64,000 nt of DNA from Chloroflexota bacterium (GTDB lineage: Bacteria; Chloroflexota; Anaerolineae; J036; Brachytrichaceae), in assembly GCA_025354985.1 (NCBI GenBank), contig JANXLU010000087.1, positions 82,813 through 146,812 of the forward strand, given 5' to 3'. The position numbers and the translations under genes are program-made. Shown here piece by piece: positions 8,459 through 18,600 of the stretch (position 1 is the first letter of the stretch; each line of letters starts with the position of its first letter). Below the pieces are notes generated by a model. The model was given only the letters and a program-made list of their open reading frames with translations, searched no databases and had not been told where the DNA came from.

Positions 8459-9063
8459 TCATTGGTCGCCGATAGACCATCTATGATGCCTTGCTTGCCC
8501 AAGCCAAGCGCATCGGCAACGCGATTCACGTAGTTAAACCAACCACATATCATGGTTATTTGCAGAATCGCCTGGTCATTAAATCCAACCATGCGCAAGT
8601 TTTGAACATCCGCTTCAATCATGCTGGCCGAGTATTTCGTCATCCGAACGCAATAGTCAACAAGAGCACGATCTTGAGCGTCCAGTTTGGCGGTCCTTGG
8701 ATCTCGACGCAACGCGTCGACCAGTTCCTTGTCGAGTGATACGACATTCAAGAACTGGCTGTGACTCTCTTCTCAGTAGACGCAATGATTCTGAGCACTG
8801 ACGATCGTCGCAATCATCTCATGTTGCCTGCGTGATAACGGCAATTCCGGCTGGATAAGTACACCATGGGCTGACATCATGTGCTCCATGGCGCGCGGAA
8901 TAAGGCTGTGGGCGGCCACAATGCTGTCCTCCGTACCATCGCTCTTTACCAACGCCGGGATGCTTTGCTTATATTCCGGTGGATATAACTGATAGATGCG
9001 CTGATAGACTGCACTCAAATCCCCGTTGGCTTGATCGGCTGTTATTGTCTGAATCCACGGCAT
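8443..9063 (-). CDS. Carboxymuconolactone decarboxylase / AhpD-like peroxidase-related protein with in-frame TGA, putative selenocysteine (CxxU)
   Basis: ORFs 8773..9063 and 8443..8751 are in the same frame, separated only by TGA at 8773-8775. Read-through gives ...IVSAQNHCVY-U-EESHSQFLNVVSLDKELVDALRRDPR.... C-V-Y-U-x-x-x-H matches the family motif C-x-Y-C-x-x-x-H. Confidence 0.65.
8721..8758 (-). promoter_or_regulatory. SECIS-like hairpin downstream of the TGA in the AhpD-like gene
   Basis: mRNA CCAGUUC(UUG)...(CAA)G-GAACUGG: 7 perfect bp plus 3 more across a 1-nt bulge. It starts 14 nt after the UGA. Confidence 0.4.
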
Positions 9064-9114
9064 ACCTCAAGGATACAGGATTTTGCCGCTGGTCTGCCAC
9101 TAAAATGACATGGA

Positions 9115-9624
9115 ATGGTAACGATACGCGCTGCCACGGTCGCCGACCAGGCACGTATTCAAGCGATTGTCCGCGCCGCCCGGATTAATCCACGGGCGCT
9201 TGGATGGCAGCACTTTATGGTGGCCAATTCTCCGGATGGCGCAGTTGTTGGTGTTGGTCAGGTAAAGGAGCACCGCCAAGGCACGCGCGAAATTGCCAGC
9301 ATAGCTGTAACACCCAGTCACATGAAGATGGGTATCGCGGCTTTGCTAATTGATGCGCTAGTCGCACGTGAAGCCGGCGACTTGTTCCTGTACTGTGAAC
9401 GAGGGCTTTCGCACTTTTATCGCAGATTTGGATTTCTCGAACTATCCGGAGACCATCTTGTCCCCGCAGACCTGCTGCATGAGGTAAAACTGGCACGGTT
9501 CGCAATGCGGGTTATCCGGCTTATTCGGCGATCCGAGCTGCAGCTTGTTGTCATGCGGCGCCTGGCAGAGCGACACCCCGCGACGTTCCGGGCCATGCTT
9601 CCCCCGCCAGCGGACTCGCCGTGA
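9115..9624 (+). CDS. GNAT family N-acetyltransferase
   Basis: 169 aa. IRAATVADQARIQAIV...IASIAVTPSHMKMGIAALLIDAL...FYRRFGF is a typical GNAT core. Confidence 0.75.
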   Translation: MVTIRAATVADQARIQAIVRAARINPRALGWQHFMVANSPDGAVVGVGQVKEHRQGTREIASIAVTPSHMKMGIAALLIDALVAREAGDLFLYCERGLSHFYRRFGFLELSGDHLVPADLLHEVKLARFAMRVIRLIRRSELQLVVMRRLAERHPATFRAMLPPPADSP

Positions 9625-9688
9625 TAAAATAGAAAGCTAGCACGTGAACGGCAACGTTCGCAGCTTTCCGCTTTTGGCAATAATGGCA

Positions 9689-9719
9689 ACGGGCGAGATC
9701 AACCATCCGCCCGTTTTTT
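9689..9719 (+). terminator. Rho-independent terminator after the GNAT gene
   Basis: Stem ACGGGCG / CGCCCGT (7 bp) followed by TTTTTT at 9714-9719. Confidence 0.55.
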
Positions 9720-9764
9720 GCGCACAAAAGCAGTCAACCTACCACGGAAAGAAACAATAGAAAA

Positions 9765-10136
9765 ATGGAAGTATTCACCCGCAACTACGAATTGACATAT
9801 ATCGGCAAACCCGATCTTGACACGGCAAACCTGGCCGCGCTCGCGGAAAAGGTAAAGGTTATCTTGGCCGAAGACGGCGGTAGCGTGGTCAAAAGCGATG
9901 CCTGGGGCATGCGCAAACTCGGCTACCCAATCAACAAATACAAAGAGGGACAATACGTGCACCTTGTTGTTGCGCTTAAGCCACAAGCCGTTATGCGCGT
10001 GGAGAGCCGCCTGCGTCTAAACGAAGATATCCTCAGACATTTGCTCGTTGTTGAAGAGGTGCATGTTGCACCGGTTTTCCCCGCTCCTGTAGCTGACGAG
10101 ACACCTTCAGCGGTGGACATGGCGCCCGCGGCTTAA
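9765..10136 (+). CDS. rpsF: 30S ribosomal protein S6
   Basis: MEVFTRNYELTYIGKPDLD...WGMRKLGYPINKYKEGQYV is the classic S6 sequence pattern, with an acidic or low-complexity C-terminal tail. Confidence 0.9.
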   Translation: MEVFTRNYELTYIGKPDLDTANLAALAEKVKVILAEDGGSVVKSDAWGMRKLGYPINKYKEGQYVHLVVALKPQAVMRVESRLRLNEDILRHLLVVEEVHVAPVFPAPVADETPSAVDMAPAA

Positions 10137-10203
10137 TCCAGGTTAGTGGCGATCAGATTCGGATCCGTCAGAATGCTGCGGCTCCGATCTTAAAACTCAA
10201 TCA

Positions 10204-11535
10204 ATGGCAGATCCACAAAAGCCCAGGGACGATTCTGGCAGGCATGATGCTGAAACGGCAAGTGAGCGACCATCGGTCAAAAGTTTGCGGTGGGCGGCGG
10301 CCAACCCAAACCTGCCGACGCCACGCGTAAGTAACGAGGCGCGTACACGCCGGATCGTCGTCTACGGAGCGCTCGCCGCCTTTGCGCTGACGGCACTTCT
10401 GATTGCGGCAGCCGTAATTCAGTTGTTTGTAATCGAGCCCCAGACTGCCGTAGCAGTCGTCGGCGCTACTAAAATCAGCAAAACTCAGTTGCAAAACCGA
10501 ATCAAACTCGATTTTTCAAACGTCGCATCCAGGTATTCCAATCTGCAGCAAACGGTGGCACAAGCGCAGGCGCAGAGCGATCCAGCCAGCCCGGACAACA
10601 ATTTCCTGCTGCAGTTTTACCAGCAGCAGCTGCAACAAGCCGGTAGTCAGATTGATGCCTCGCAAATTTCACGTGGCAGCCTGAACAGCCTGATCGACGA
10701 GCAGCTCATCCGCCAAGAGGCTGGCGCACGTGGCCTCACGGTCACCGGCGATGAGATTGACAAGGCCATCCAAAAGGAATTTGGTTATTTCCCTGAGCCG
10801 CTGCCCACCAGCACACCTCCCGCACCTCCCACTGCGGCGCCCGGTGCCACTGCAGAGCCGCCTGCCACCCCGGAACCTCTGCCAACGTCAGTAAGTGAAG
10901 CCGAACTACAAACGGGCATTAAGCGGGGCGAAGACTATTACAAATCTTTTGGATTCCCGACCACTGACTTTCGAGGATTGTTTGAACTCCGCCTGCTTGA
11001 CCAAAAACTTCACGAGGACTTTGGCAAGGCGATTCCCAAGCAGGATTCCCAGCTACAGTTTGACTACATCCGGTTTAACAGCGAGCAATTGGCAAACGAG
11101 GGACTTTCAAAGGCCAATTCCGACCCGGCTGGTTTTGCCACGCTGATCTCAACAACAAATGCGATCACGCTTCCCCAGCCAGTTGGAAGCGGAGAACATG
11201 TGGATTGGACGTTGAGTAAAAGCGTGGCGGCCCGCTATGGTGACTATGTGCTGTCTGCGCTTTCCGCCGGACAAATTGGCAAGGTGACCAGCGCATATTC
11301 TCCAACAATAAGCAGCTACTACGTGTTGGTGCCGCGTGGCAATGAAGTGCGCCCGTTGACCGACGCGGATATTAGCAGCCAACAAAAATCGCTCTACGAT
11401 TCCTGGCTCGCCAAGGCAAAGGATGCGGGTGGCAAGGTGACCGATAAGGTGGCAGATCCCACCACTTTAGTGCCGAAAACAATCAAGGATCAAATTACTA
11501 CATTCCAGCAAAATCAGTCTCGATCAGCCCCATAG
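10204..11535 (+). CDS. Membrane-anchored SurA/PpiD-like chaperone-domain protein
   Basis: N-terminal TM helix (IVVYGALAAFALTALLIAAAVI), SurA-N-like helical region (SLNSLIDEQLIRQEAGARGL), Pro/Thr/Ala linker, and a degenerate parvulin-like C-terminus. Confidence 0.45.
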   Translation: MADPQKPRDDSGRHDAETASERPSVKSLRWAAANPNLPTPRVSNEARTRRIVVYGALAAFALTALLIAAAVIQLFVIEPQTAVAVVGATKISKTQLQNRIKLDFSNVASRYSNLQQTVAQAQAQSDPASPDNNFLLQFYQQQLQQAGSQIDASQISRGSLNSLIDEQLIRQEAGARGLTVTGDEIDKAIQKEFGYFPEPLPTSTPPAPPTAAPGATAEPPATPEPLPTSVSEAELQTGIKRGEDYYKSFGFPTTDFRGLFELRLLDQKLHEDFGKAIPKQDSQLQFDYIRFNSEQLANEGLSKANSDPAGFATLISTTNAITLPQPVGSGEHVDWTLSKSVAARYGDYVLSALSAGQIGKVTSAYSPTISSYYVLVPRGNEVRPLTDADISSQQKSLYDSWLAKAKDAGGKVTDKVADPTTLVPKTIKDQITTFQQNQSRSAP

Positions 11536-11549
11536 GTTGATGCAAGATC

Positions 11550-11598
11550 AAAAAAAGAGCCCGATCCGGCGTGTATGTCGAATCGGGCTTCCTTTTTT
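11550..11598. terminator. Bidirectional rho-independent terminator between convergent genes
   Basis: A-run 11550-11556, stem AGCCCGAT (11558-11565) / ATCGGGCT (11582-11589), T-run 11593-11598. Confidence 0.6.
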
Positions 11599-11613
11599 GT
11601 CCAGTGGTCTTAT

Positions 11614-12696
11614 CTATCTGAGTTTTAGTTGCTGAAGGACATCGCCCAGTACTTCAATCGCATCGTCGATGTCAGCCTCGCTTGTTTGACCCATGTGGCC
11701 AATGCGCAAGATTTTGCCTTGTAGTCGGCCCCACGAACTGCCAAATTCCACGCCGCCAGCACGCGCCAATGTGCGAACGTCATCACTATTTACACCATCC
11801 GGCATGGACACAGCAGTAAGCGTTGGCGAATAGCCATTCGGCCGCGCAAACAACTCCAGCCCCAGCGCCCGTACCCGTTGCCGGGTAAACGCCGCCACTC
11901 GTTCATGTCGTGCGTAAACGGACGGCAACCCCTCGTGTTCGATAAGTTCTGCCGCACGCGCCAGCCCGTAGATGACGGTCAACGCCGTGGTTGATGGCGT
12001 GGTATACATTTTCATGTTATCCCGGTATGTGTTCCAGTCCCAGTAGTAACGTGGATTCTTGCACTTCGTATGGGCCGCCCATGCCCGTTCTCCAACAGCC
12101 ACGAGTGCAAGTCCGGGCGCGCCCATAAGGGCCTTCTGCGAGGCAGTGCTCAACGCATCCACGCCCCATTCGCCCATATTGGTCTCAACTGCGCCAAGGG
12201 CACTTACCGAGTCAACAAAAAGTAAAGCATCGGAATTCGCCCGCACCGACGACGCAATGGCCTGCAGCGGATTTATCGCGCCGGTAAAGCTCTCGTTGTG
12301 GGTCATCACCACCGCCTTAACATCATGCATCGTACGCAACTTGGCCGACACCGCATCCGGGTCAATTGTGTGACCATCCGGAAACTGCAAATACGTCACA
12401 TTTGCGCCAAAAGTGGACGCCATTTTGCCAAACACATCACCAAAATGCCCGGCCGTAAGTGCAAGAACCTGTTCACCAGGTGAAATCGTATTCACAAGAA
12501 TGCTCTCCACTCCGCCCCAGCCGGAGGATGTCATTAAAAAGACATCTCCCGGGGTGCCTGCCATCCGCTTGATAAGCGAGGTGATTGTCTTGATCATCGC
12601 CTGCGATTCAGTGCCGCGGTGATCAATTATTTGCCGGCCATGGGCGGCGAGAATTTCGTCTGGAAGCGGTGTGGGACCGGGAATTCGCAAGTTCAT
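11614..12696 (-). CDS. Class V aminotransferase (serine/alanine-glyoxylate aminotransferase type)
   Basis: 360 aa. MNLRIPGPTPLPDEIL is the typical AGXT/SGAT N-terminus; SQKALMGAPGL is the PLP-Lys region. Confidence 0.8.
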   Translation of the reverse strand: MNLRIPGPTPLPDEILAAHGRQIIDHRGTESQAMIKTITSLIKRMAGTPGDVFLMTSSGWGGVESILVNTISPGEQVLALTAGHFGDVFGKMASTFGANVTYLQFPDGHTIDPDAVSAKLRTMHDVKAVVMTHNESFTGAINPLQAIASSVRANSDALLFVDSVSALGAVETNMGEWGVDALSTASQKALMGAPGLALVAVGERAWAAHTKCKNPRYYWDWNTYRDNMKMYTTPSTTALTVIYGLARAAELIEHEGLPSVYARHERVAAFTRQRVRALGLELFARPNGYSPTLTAVSMPDGVNSDDVRTLARAGGVEFGSSWGRLQGKILRIGHMGQTSEADIDDAIEVLGDVLQQLKLR

Positions 12697-12801
12697 TTGC
12701 CCAATTATGCGTGGCTGGCCGCCGATTTTCGCCAGTACGCGTGAGGGCGTTAGTTTGCTTGCTCGGGAGCAATCATCACTACGAAACCAAGGAATAACCG
12801 C

Positions 12802-14352
12802 TTATCTTGCCTTGAATTTCTCAGCCAGTTCGCCCTTGACTACCTTTCCCATGGCATTGCGTGGCAGCGAATCCATAAAAAAAACGGTGCGTGGCTTTTT
12901 GAAGCTGGCTAAGTGCGCCTTGCAATGTTGGATCACGTCTTCCGGCGTCGGCTGCGGATCATCACAGACCAACGCGGCACAGACGCGTTCACCATAGTCC
13001 GGGTCGGGCATTCCAAATACCGCAACCTCCCGCACACCCGCGTATTGCTGCAGTACCTCCTCAACCTCGCGTGGATAGACGTTTAGCCCGCCCGTGATAA
13101 TCAACTCTTTTGCCCGGCCACAAATGGTTACATAACCATCAGAACTGATGGAACCCAAATCGCCAGTCCTAAACCACCCTTCGGCGTCAAAACTAGCCGC
13201 CGTGGTCTCCGGCTGGCCAAAATACCCGGCAAAAACGTGCGGACCACGAACCTCTATTTCTCCGATATCGCCAACCTGTACCGGCTGGCGCGAATGCAGG
13301 TCCACGATCCTGGCTTCCTGGTTGGGAAATGGGCGCCCAACGGTGCCCGGTCGGCGCTCGCCATGAAGCGGGTTGGTAAGGTTCATCAACGTCTCGGTCA
13401 TGCCATACCGTTCGAGAATGGTGTGTCCAAACGTGTCCTGAAACGCTGCAAATGTTTTTGGACTTAGCGCCGCGCTCCCGGAAACAAACAGACGCATTCC
13501 AGGCAACTCCAGGGTTGCCCGCGCACTCAGGTGACGTTCTTCGATTTCCGAGATCAACCGAGAGTACATGGTCGGCACTCCAAAGAACAAAGTAAATGCG
13601 CCAGACTGCAACCGATCAAACGCAACGCCAGCTGCAAAACCTGCGTGTAATTCACAGCTTGCGGCGGCGACAAGCGTCCCCGAAATCCCGACAAGCAGTC
13701 CGTGAACATGAAAAAGCGGCAGCATTAGCAACAGGTGGTCGGTTGCCGACCATTCCCACGCCTGGCAAACGTTCCTGGCATTTGCAAGTATGTTTCGGTG
13801 TAACAGCACGGCGCCCTTGCTACGACCGGTAGTTCCGCTCGTATATCCTATTACTGCCGGGGCGTCCGGCGGCGGTGAAGAAACTGTTCCCTCCCGCATG
13901 CTTTGCCCGGAGATAAATTTATCCCACGACGGTCCCAGGGTAATTACAGTTTGAAGATCCACCAAGCGATTTCGAATCAATTCCAATTCTGGAAGTTGCC
14001 GTTCCCCGGTTACGCAAAATCGCGCTCCGCTATCCTTAATAATATGGGCCAGCTCGGTTTGCCGATAGGTACTGTTAATCAGAACCACGACCCCGTGTGC
14101 GAGCAATGTGCCAAAGTATGCGACCAGGTAGGACAAACTGTTGTCCATATACAGCGCCACGCGGTCCCCGGCACCAAGCATTGCCCGGAGCAACGCTCTT
14201 CCAAACGACGTTGCCAAATCCAACATTTCCCGGTAGGTGACTGCCTCACCTTCCCAAATTATGGCAGTCCTGTCAGGGACGGTCCGGGCATTTTCGATCA
14301 AAACCTGGATCATGGTGGCCGGCTCGGAATTTGTGTCATTCACATTGTTCAT
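12802..14352 (-). CDS. AMP-dependent acyl-CoA synthetase/ligase
   Basis: YTSGTTGRSKGA (AMP-binding P-loop), YGMTET, GDLG...DGYVTICGRAKELI, GKV near the C-terminus. Start set to the Met at 14352, which forms an ATGA overlap with the upstream stop. Confidence 0.85.
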   Translation of the reverse strand: MNNVNDTNSEPATMIQVLIENARTVPDRTAIIWEGEAVTYREMLDLATSFGRALLRAMLGAGDRVALYMDNSLSYLVAYFGTLLAHGVVVLINSTYRQTELAHIIKDSGARFCVTGERQLPELELIRNRLVDLQTVITLGPSWDKFISGQSMREGTVSSPPPDAPAVIGYTSGTTGRSKGAVLLHRNILANARNVCQAWEWSATDHLLLMLPLFHVHGLLVGISGTLVAAASCELHAGFAAGVAFDRLQSGAFTLFFGVPTMYSRLISEIEERHLSARATLELPGMRLFVSGSAALSPKTFAAFQDTFGHTILERYGMTETLMNLTNPLHGERRPGTVGRPFPNQEARIVDLHSRQPVQVGDIGEIEVRGPHVFAGYFGQPETTAASFDAEGWFRTGDLGSISSDGYVTICGRAKELIITGGLNVYPREVEEVLQQYAGVREVAVFGMPDPDYGERVCAALVCDDPQPTPEDVIQHCKAHLASFKKPRTVFFMDSLPRNAMGKVVKGELAEKFKAR

Positions 14353-15599
14353 TCCATCGTCGTGCCACAAATTGTTACAAACGAGGTTTGAGTCTCGTCC
14401 GCCACGCAGGTGTCATAAAAAATCGGGCCACTGGTGCTTTCGCCAAGTTGTTTTAGGGTTAGGTAAAACGGCGCCAGACCACAAACGTTGGTCATGTTGC
14501 GGGTTTGCCGGACCAAGCGATAGAAGCTCTCTCCATCACCCATTCCGATTTGTTGCAGCAACTCACCATCTATGCCTTGAAGCGCCGTGCGCGCCTTACC
14601 ATCCACTGGTTCACCACCAAACGCCGTGCCAACATGCGAGAGGTCACCGGACGCCACAAAAAGAACGCTGCGACCCGCAGTAAGAGCATGCAACGCGCTC
14701 ACAAAAGAACGAATTTCTGCAGTCGATGACGGACTTTCCTCCGTTCCAAAGTAGCGATCCAGTGATCCGACCAGAATCGGAATAACCTCGCAGGGCGCGC
14801 CACTTCGCATGTGCTGCAACCAAACAAGTGGCAGCTCAAGTGAATGCTCAATCGTGTGGCGCAGCTCACCTTTAAATGCAGCATTGCGACCCACCGCATC
14901 CGCCAGATCGTCAACCATTTTCACAGCAGTCGGCAACACGCCAAGCGGCGAACTGTAATGCTGACGCGTGAGCGTAAACAAGTCATGCCCAAAGTGATCC
15001 GTGCCAATTATGACCACCAGGTCAGCGTCCCTGGCTGCCTGCTGCGCTTGCAGCCAGGTCCTGGCATACGTGGCGCCACCCCGGGCGTAGTCAATATGTG
15101 GTGACAGTATTGCACGCGGCGCCGCGCTACTGAGCTGCTGAAGTTCCCGCTGATCCCTGGTCATTTGGATCAGCTCATCAAGTTTTGCACCTAGGTCTGT
15201 TCGTGAAGCTGGATAGGAACCGCCGACACAAATTGGAGAGCGAAATGGCTGCTTTCGATAGCGTTCCAGCGACTGATCGAGCGCCGCACGTGAGCGCAAC
15301 CCATCAAGCAGCATGGCAGAATCCAGCGCCTCGCACATTGCGCGCAAATCCTTTGACCGCAGTTCAAAATCAAAGTGCTGTATTACCTGTTGCTGAATGC
15401 CGGCGTAATCATAATTGCCGTCAAAATAATTGAGCGCAACCGCCATCCACGCCGGCAGCCCCACCTGTTGATCACTCAGCTCAAACCGATCACGGAGCGC
15501 ATAAAACTGCTTGCCATCCTGCATAACCGGTATCGCTTCAACCTGCGAACGCAGTTTAGGGTGTGAAAGACTGGCATCTGGTGGACTCTTACGCGGCAT
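14349..15599 (-). CDS. MEMO1 / AmmeMemoRadiSam system protein B family protein with an N-terminal extension of about 115 aa
   Basis: Core motifs GGSYPAS, SPHIDYARGG, IIGTDH, ASGDLSHVG. At 416 aa it is longer than the ~270-300 aa I recall as typical for this family. Confidence 0.7.
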   Translation of the reverse strand: MPRKSPPDASLSHPKLRSQVEAIPVMQDGKQFYALRDRFELSDQQVGLPAWMAVALNYFDGNYDYAGIQQQVIQHFDFELRSKDLRAMCEALDSAMLLDGLRSRAALDQSLERYRKQPFRSPICVGGSYPASRTDLGAKLDELIQMTRDQRELQQLSSAAPRAILSPHIDYARGGATYARTWLQAQQAARDADLVVIIGTDHFGHDLFTLTRQHYSSPLGVLPTAVKMVDDLADAVGRNAAFKGELRHTIEHSLELPLVWLQHMRSGAPCEVIPILVGSLDRYFGTEESPSSTAEIRSFVSALHALTAGRSVLFVASGDLSHVGTAFGGEPVDGKARTALQGIDGELLQQIGMGDGESFYRLVRQTRNMTNVCGLAPFYLTLKQLGESTSGPIFYDTCVADETQTSFVTICGTTME

Positions 15600-15657
15600 A
15601 ACGCCAGTATACGGATTTTGACCTCTAACCTATACTACTTGTTCAGGAAAATACACC

Positions 15658-18600
15658 ATGTTAAAAAATTTGATGAAGGCGATGCCATTTCGAAACTTGG
15701 GGCCATCACGCGGAGGTCGCGTTGTGGCGGTTGCAGGGGATCCATCCAACCCTGCCGTTTACTATTTTGGATCAGTCTGCGGTGGCGTATTTAAGACGAC
15801 TGATGCCGGCATCACCTGGTTACCTGTAAGTGACGGTCAATTTAAGACGGGTAGCGTTGGCGCCCTTGTCGTGAGCTCCAGCGATCCGAACATTGTTTAT
15901 GCCGGGATGGGTGAAGCCACGATCCGCACGGACGTCAGCTACGGAGACGGTGTTTACAAAAGTAATGATGCTGGAAAGACCTGGAAGCATCTCGGCCTCA
16001 CCGACACCCGACACATTGGCAAGATGGTTGTGCACCCTAAGAACCCTGACATTTTGTATGTTGCGGCACTTGGTCACGCCTTTGGCACAAATACCGAGCG
16101 CGGCGTATTTCGTACCCGGGATGGTGGCGCGACTTGGCAAAACGTGCTTTTCAAGAGCGACCATGCGGGAGCCATCGATATCACCATTGACCATAACAAC
16201 CCAGATGTCTTATATGCCAGCGTTTGGCAGGTGTATCGTAATTTTTGGGAGCTAAGCAGCGGTGGGCCGGATAGCGGGCTGTACATAAGCAAGGATGGCG
16301 GAGACACCTGGACGGAGATCACCCGGAACAAGGGCCTGGAAAAGCTGGGACTCATCGGCAAAATCGGTGTGAGTGCATCGCGCGCCCAGCCTGGCCGCGT
16401 ATATGCGCTGATCGAAGCCAAGGACAAGCCCGGCATGTATCGCAGTGATGACTTTGGCACAACCTGGGCGCTCGTCAGTGAGCTGGGTGACTTGCGCCGT
16501 CGCCCGTGGTACTACATGCACGTTGACGCCGATCCCGTGGAAGCGGATACTGTTTACGTAAACAACCTAAATTTCCTAAAGAGCACCGACGCGGGCAAAA
16601 CCTATGTTGAAATCCCCACCCCGCACGGTGACAACCACGCGATATGGATTGACCCGGGCAACAACAAGCGCATGATTCAGGGCCACGATGGCGGTGCAAA
16701 TGTGAGCTTCAATGGTGGCGAAACATTTAGCAGTATTTACAACCAGCTCACAGGACAGTACTATCACATGGACGCCGACAACCAGTTCCCATATCGGTTG
16801 TACGCGACGCAACAAGACAACAGCTCCATCAGCGTGCCGAGCGATTCAATCGGGGGCGCTGTCAGCTGGGCGGATTGCTACGTCGCTGGCACGGGCGAGA
16901 GCGGCTACATTGCCGTGAAACCCGACGATCCCAACATCGTGATTGTTGGCGCGGTTGGCAGTTCACCCGGTGGTCTGGGAGCGCTCCAAAAATACGATCA
17001 CCGCACCAAACAAATCCAACTGATCAACATTTGGCCCCAACCCTACGGTGCGGTCGATCCAAGTACCTTCAAATACCGCTTCCCATGGACATATCCAATT
17101 TTGTTCAGCCCGCACGACAGCAATACCCTATATGTGTGCGGCAACATTGCCTGGAAGAGCGCGGACATGGGTCACTCTTGGACGGCAATCTCCCCGGACT
17201 TGACCCGCAACGATCCGACAAAGCTCAAAGCCAGCGGTGGTCCCATCACATTGGACACGAGTGGCGCAGAGTTCTACTGCAATATCTATACATTCCGCGA
17301 GAGCCCGCACGAAAAGGGTGTGTTCATGGCCGGCTCCGATGACGGTCTGGTGCATACCAGCTCCGATGGCGGCCAAACATGGGTCAATGTCACGCCAGCC
17401 GGGCTGCCGGAGTGGGCTTTTGTCCGAACGATTGAACCCAGCCCCCACAAGGCCGGTACCTGGTATTTGTGCGCAACAAAGTACAAACTTGATGATACCA
17501 AGCCCTACCTTTTCAAAACAGCGGACTCCGGCAAGACCTGGCAGGGCATCACCAATGGTATTCCAGACTCCGATTACACACGCGTCATTCGCGCCGATCC
17601 AAAACTCGACGGCTTGCTTTTCTGCGGCACGGAAACCGGCCTGTATGTTTCGCTGGACGATGGCACAAATTGGCAACGATGGGACGGCGTCAATGGCACC
17701 GGAGGCAAACTTCCCGCTATGCCTGTCTATGACATGATGATCAAGAACGACGACCTGATCATCGCCACACACGGACGAGGTTTTTGGATTTTGGACGACC
17801 TTGGCGCGCTTCGCCAGCACACGCTTGCTACTGGCGATTCCCACCACCTATTTTCACCCGGCCCGGCATATCGGATTGCGCCGGATATTACGGCAAGCTG
17901 GGGCGATAGTGAGGGGAAATCTTATGGATTGGGTATCGGAGTGGGTGCAATTACGTCCGCCAAGAGGGATGATAACGGTGTATTGAAACGCACGTTTATT
18001 GATTGTGGCGCCGGACGCGAGCGTGGCGTTATTCTTTATTACAACCTTGCCGAAATCACCGTCGGATCACCAAAACCAATCTTGGAAATTGCAGACGGAG
18101 CCGGCAAAGTGATTCGCGCATACACAACCAAGCCTGCAGATTGGGACACATGGGATGAAAAAAAGAAGAGCTTGGAGGCCATGCCATGGCTGCCTGCGCA
18201 GCCTGGCCTAAACCGCCTCGTGTGGAATATGCGCCATCAAGGCGCAACCAGAGTAGCAGGCAACAAGACAGCCGCCGAGGCGGTTGATGGCCCGCTGGTG
18301 GTTCCGGGTTCGTATAGCGCGACGCTAAAGATTGGAACTCAAACGCTCACAGCCACGATAAACGTAGTGGCTGACCAGCGCATCCTGGAGACCGCGATTG
18401 AACTTCAGGAACAGGAACAGATGTTGCTTGACCTGCGCGACAAAATCAGCAGCGCCCACACAACGGTCAACAAATTGCGCGACATACGGGATCAGGTGGT
18501 TGCGTGGAAAAAACGCGCGGGTGCCCATGCCGAGGTGAGTGCTGCATGCGATGCCGTGCAGAAAAAATTTGATGCCATTGAGGATGAGCTGATATTGCCC

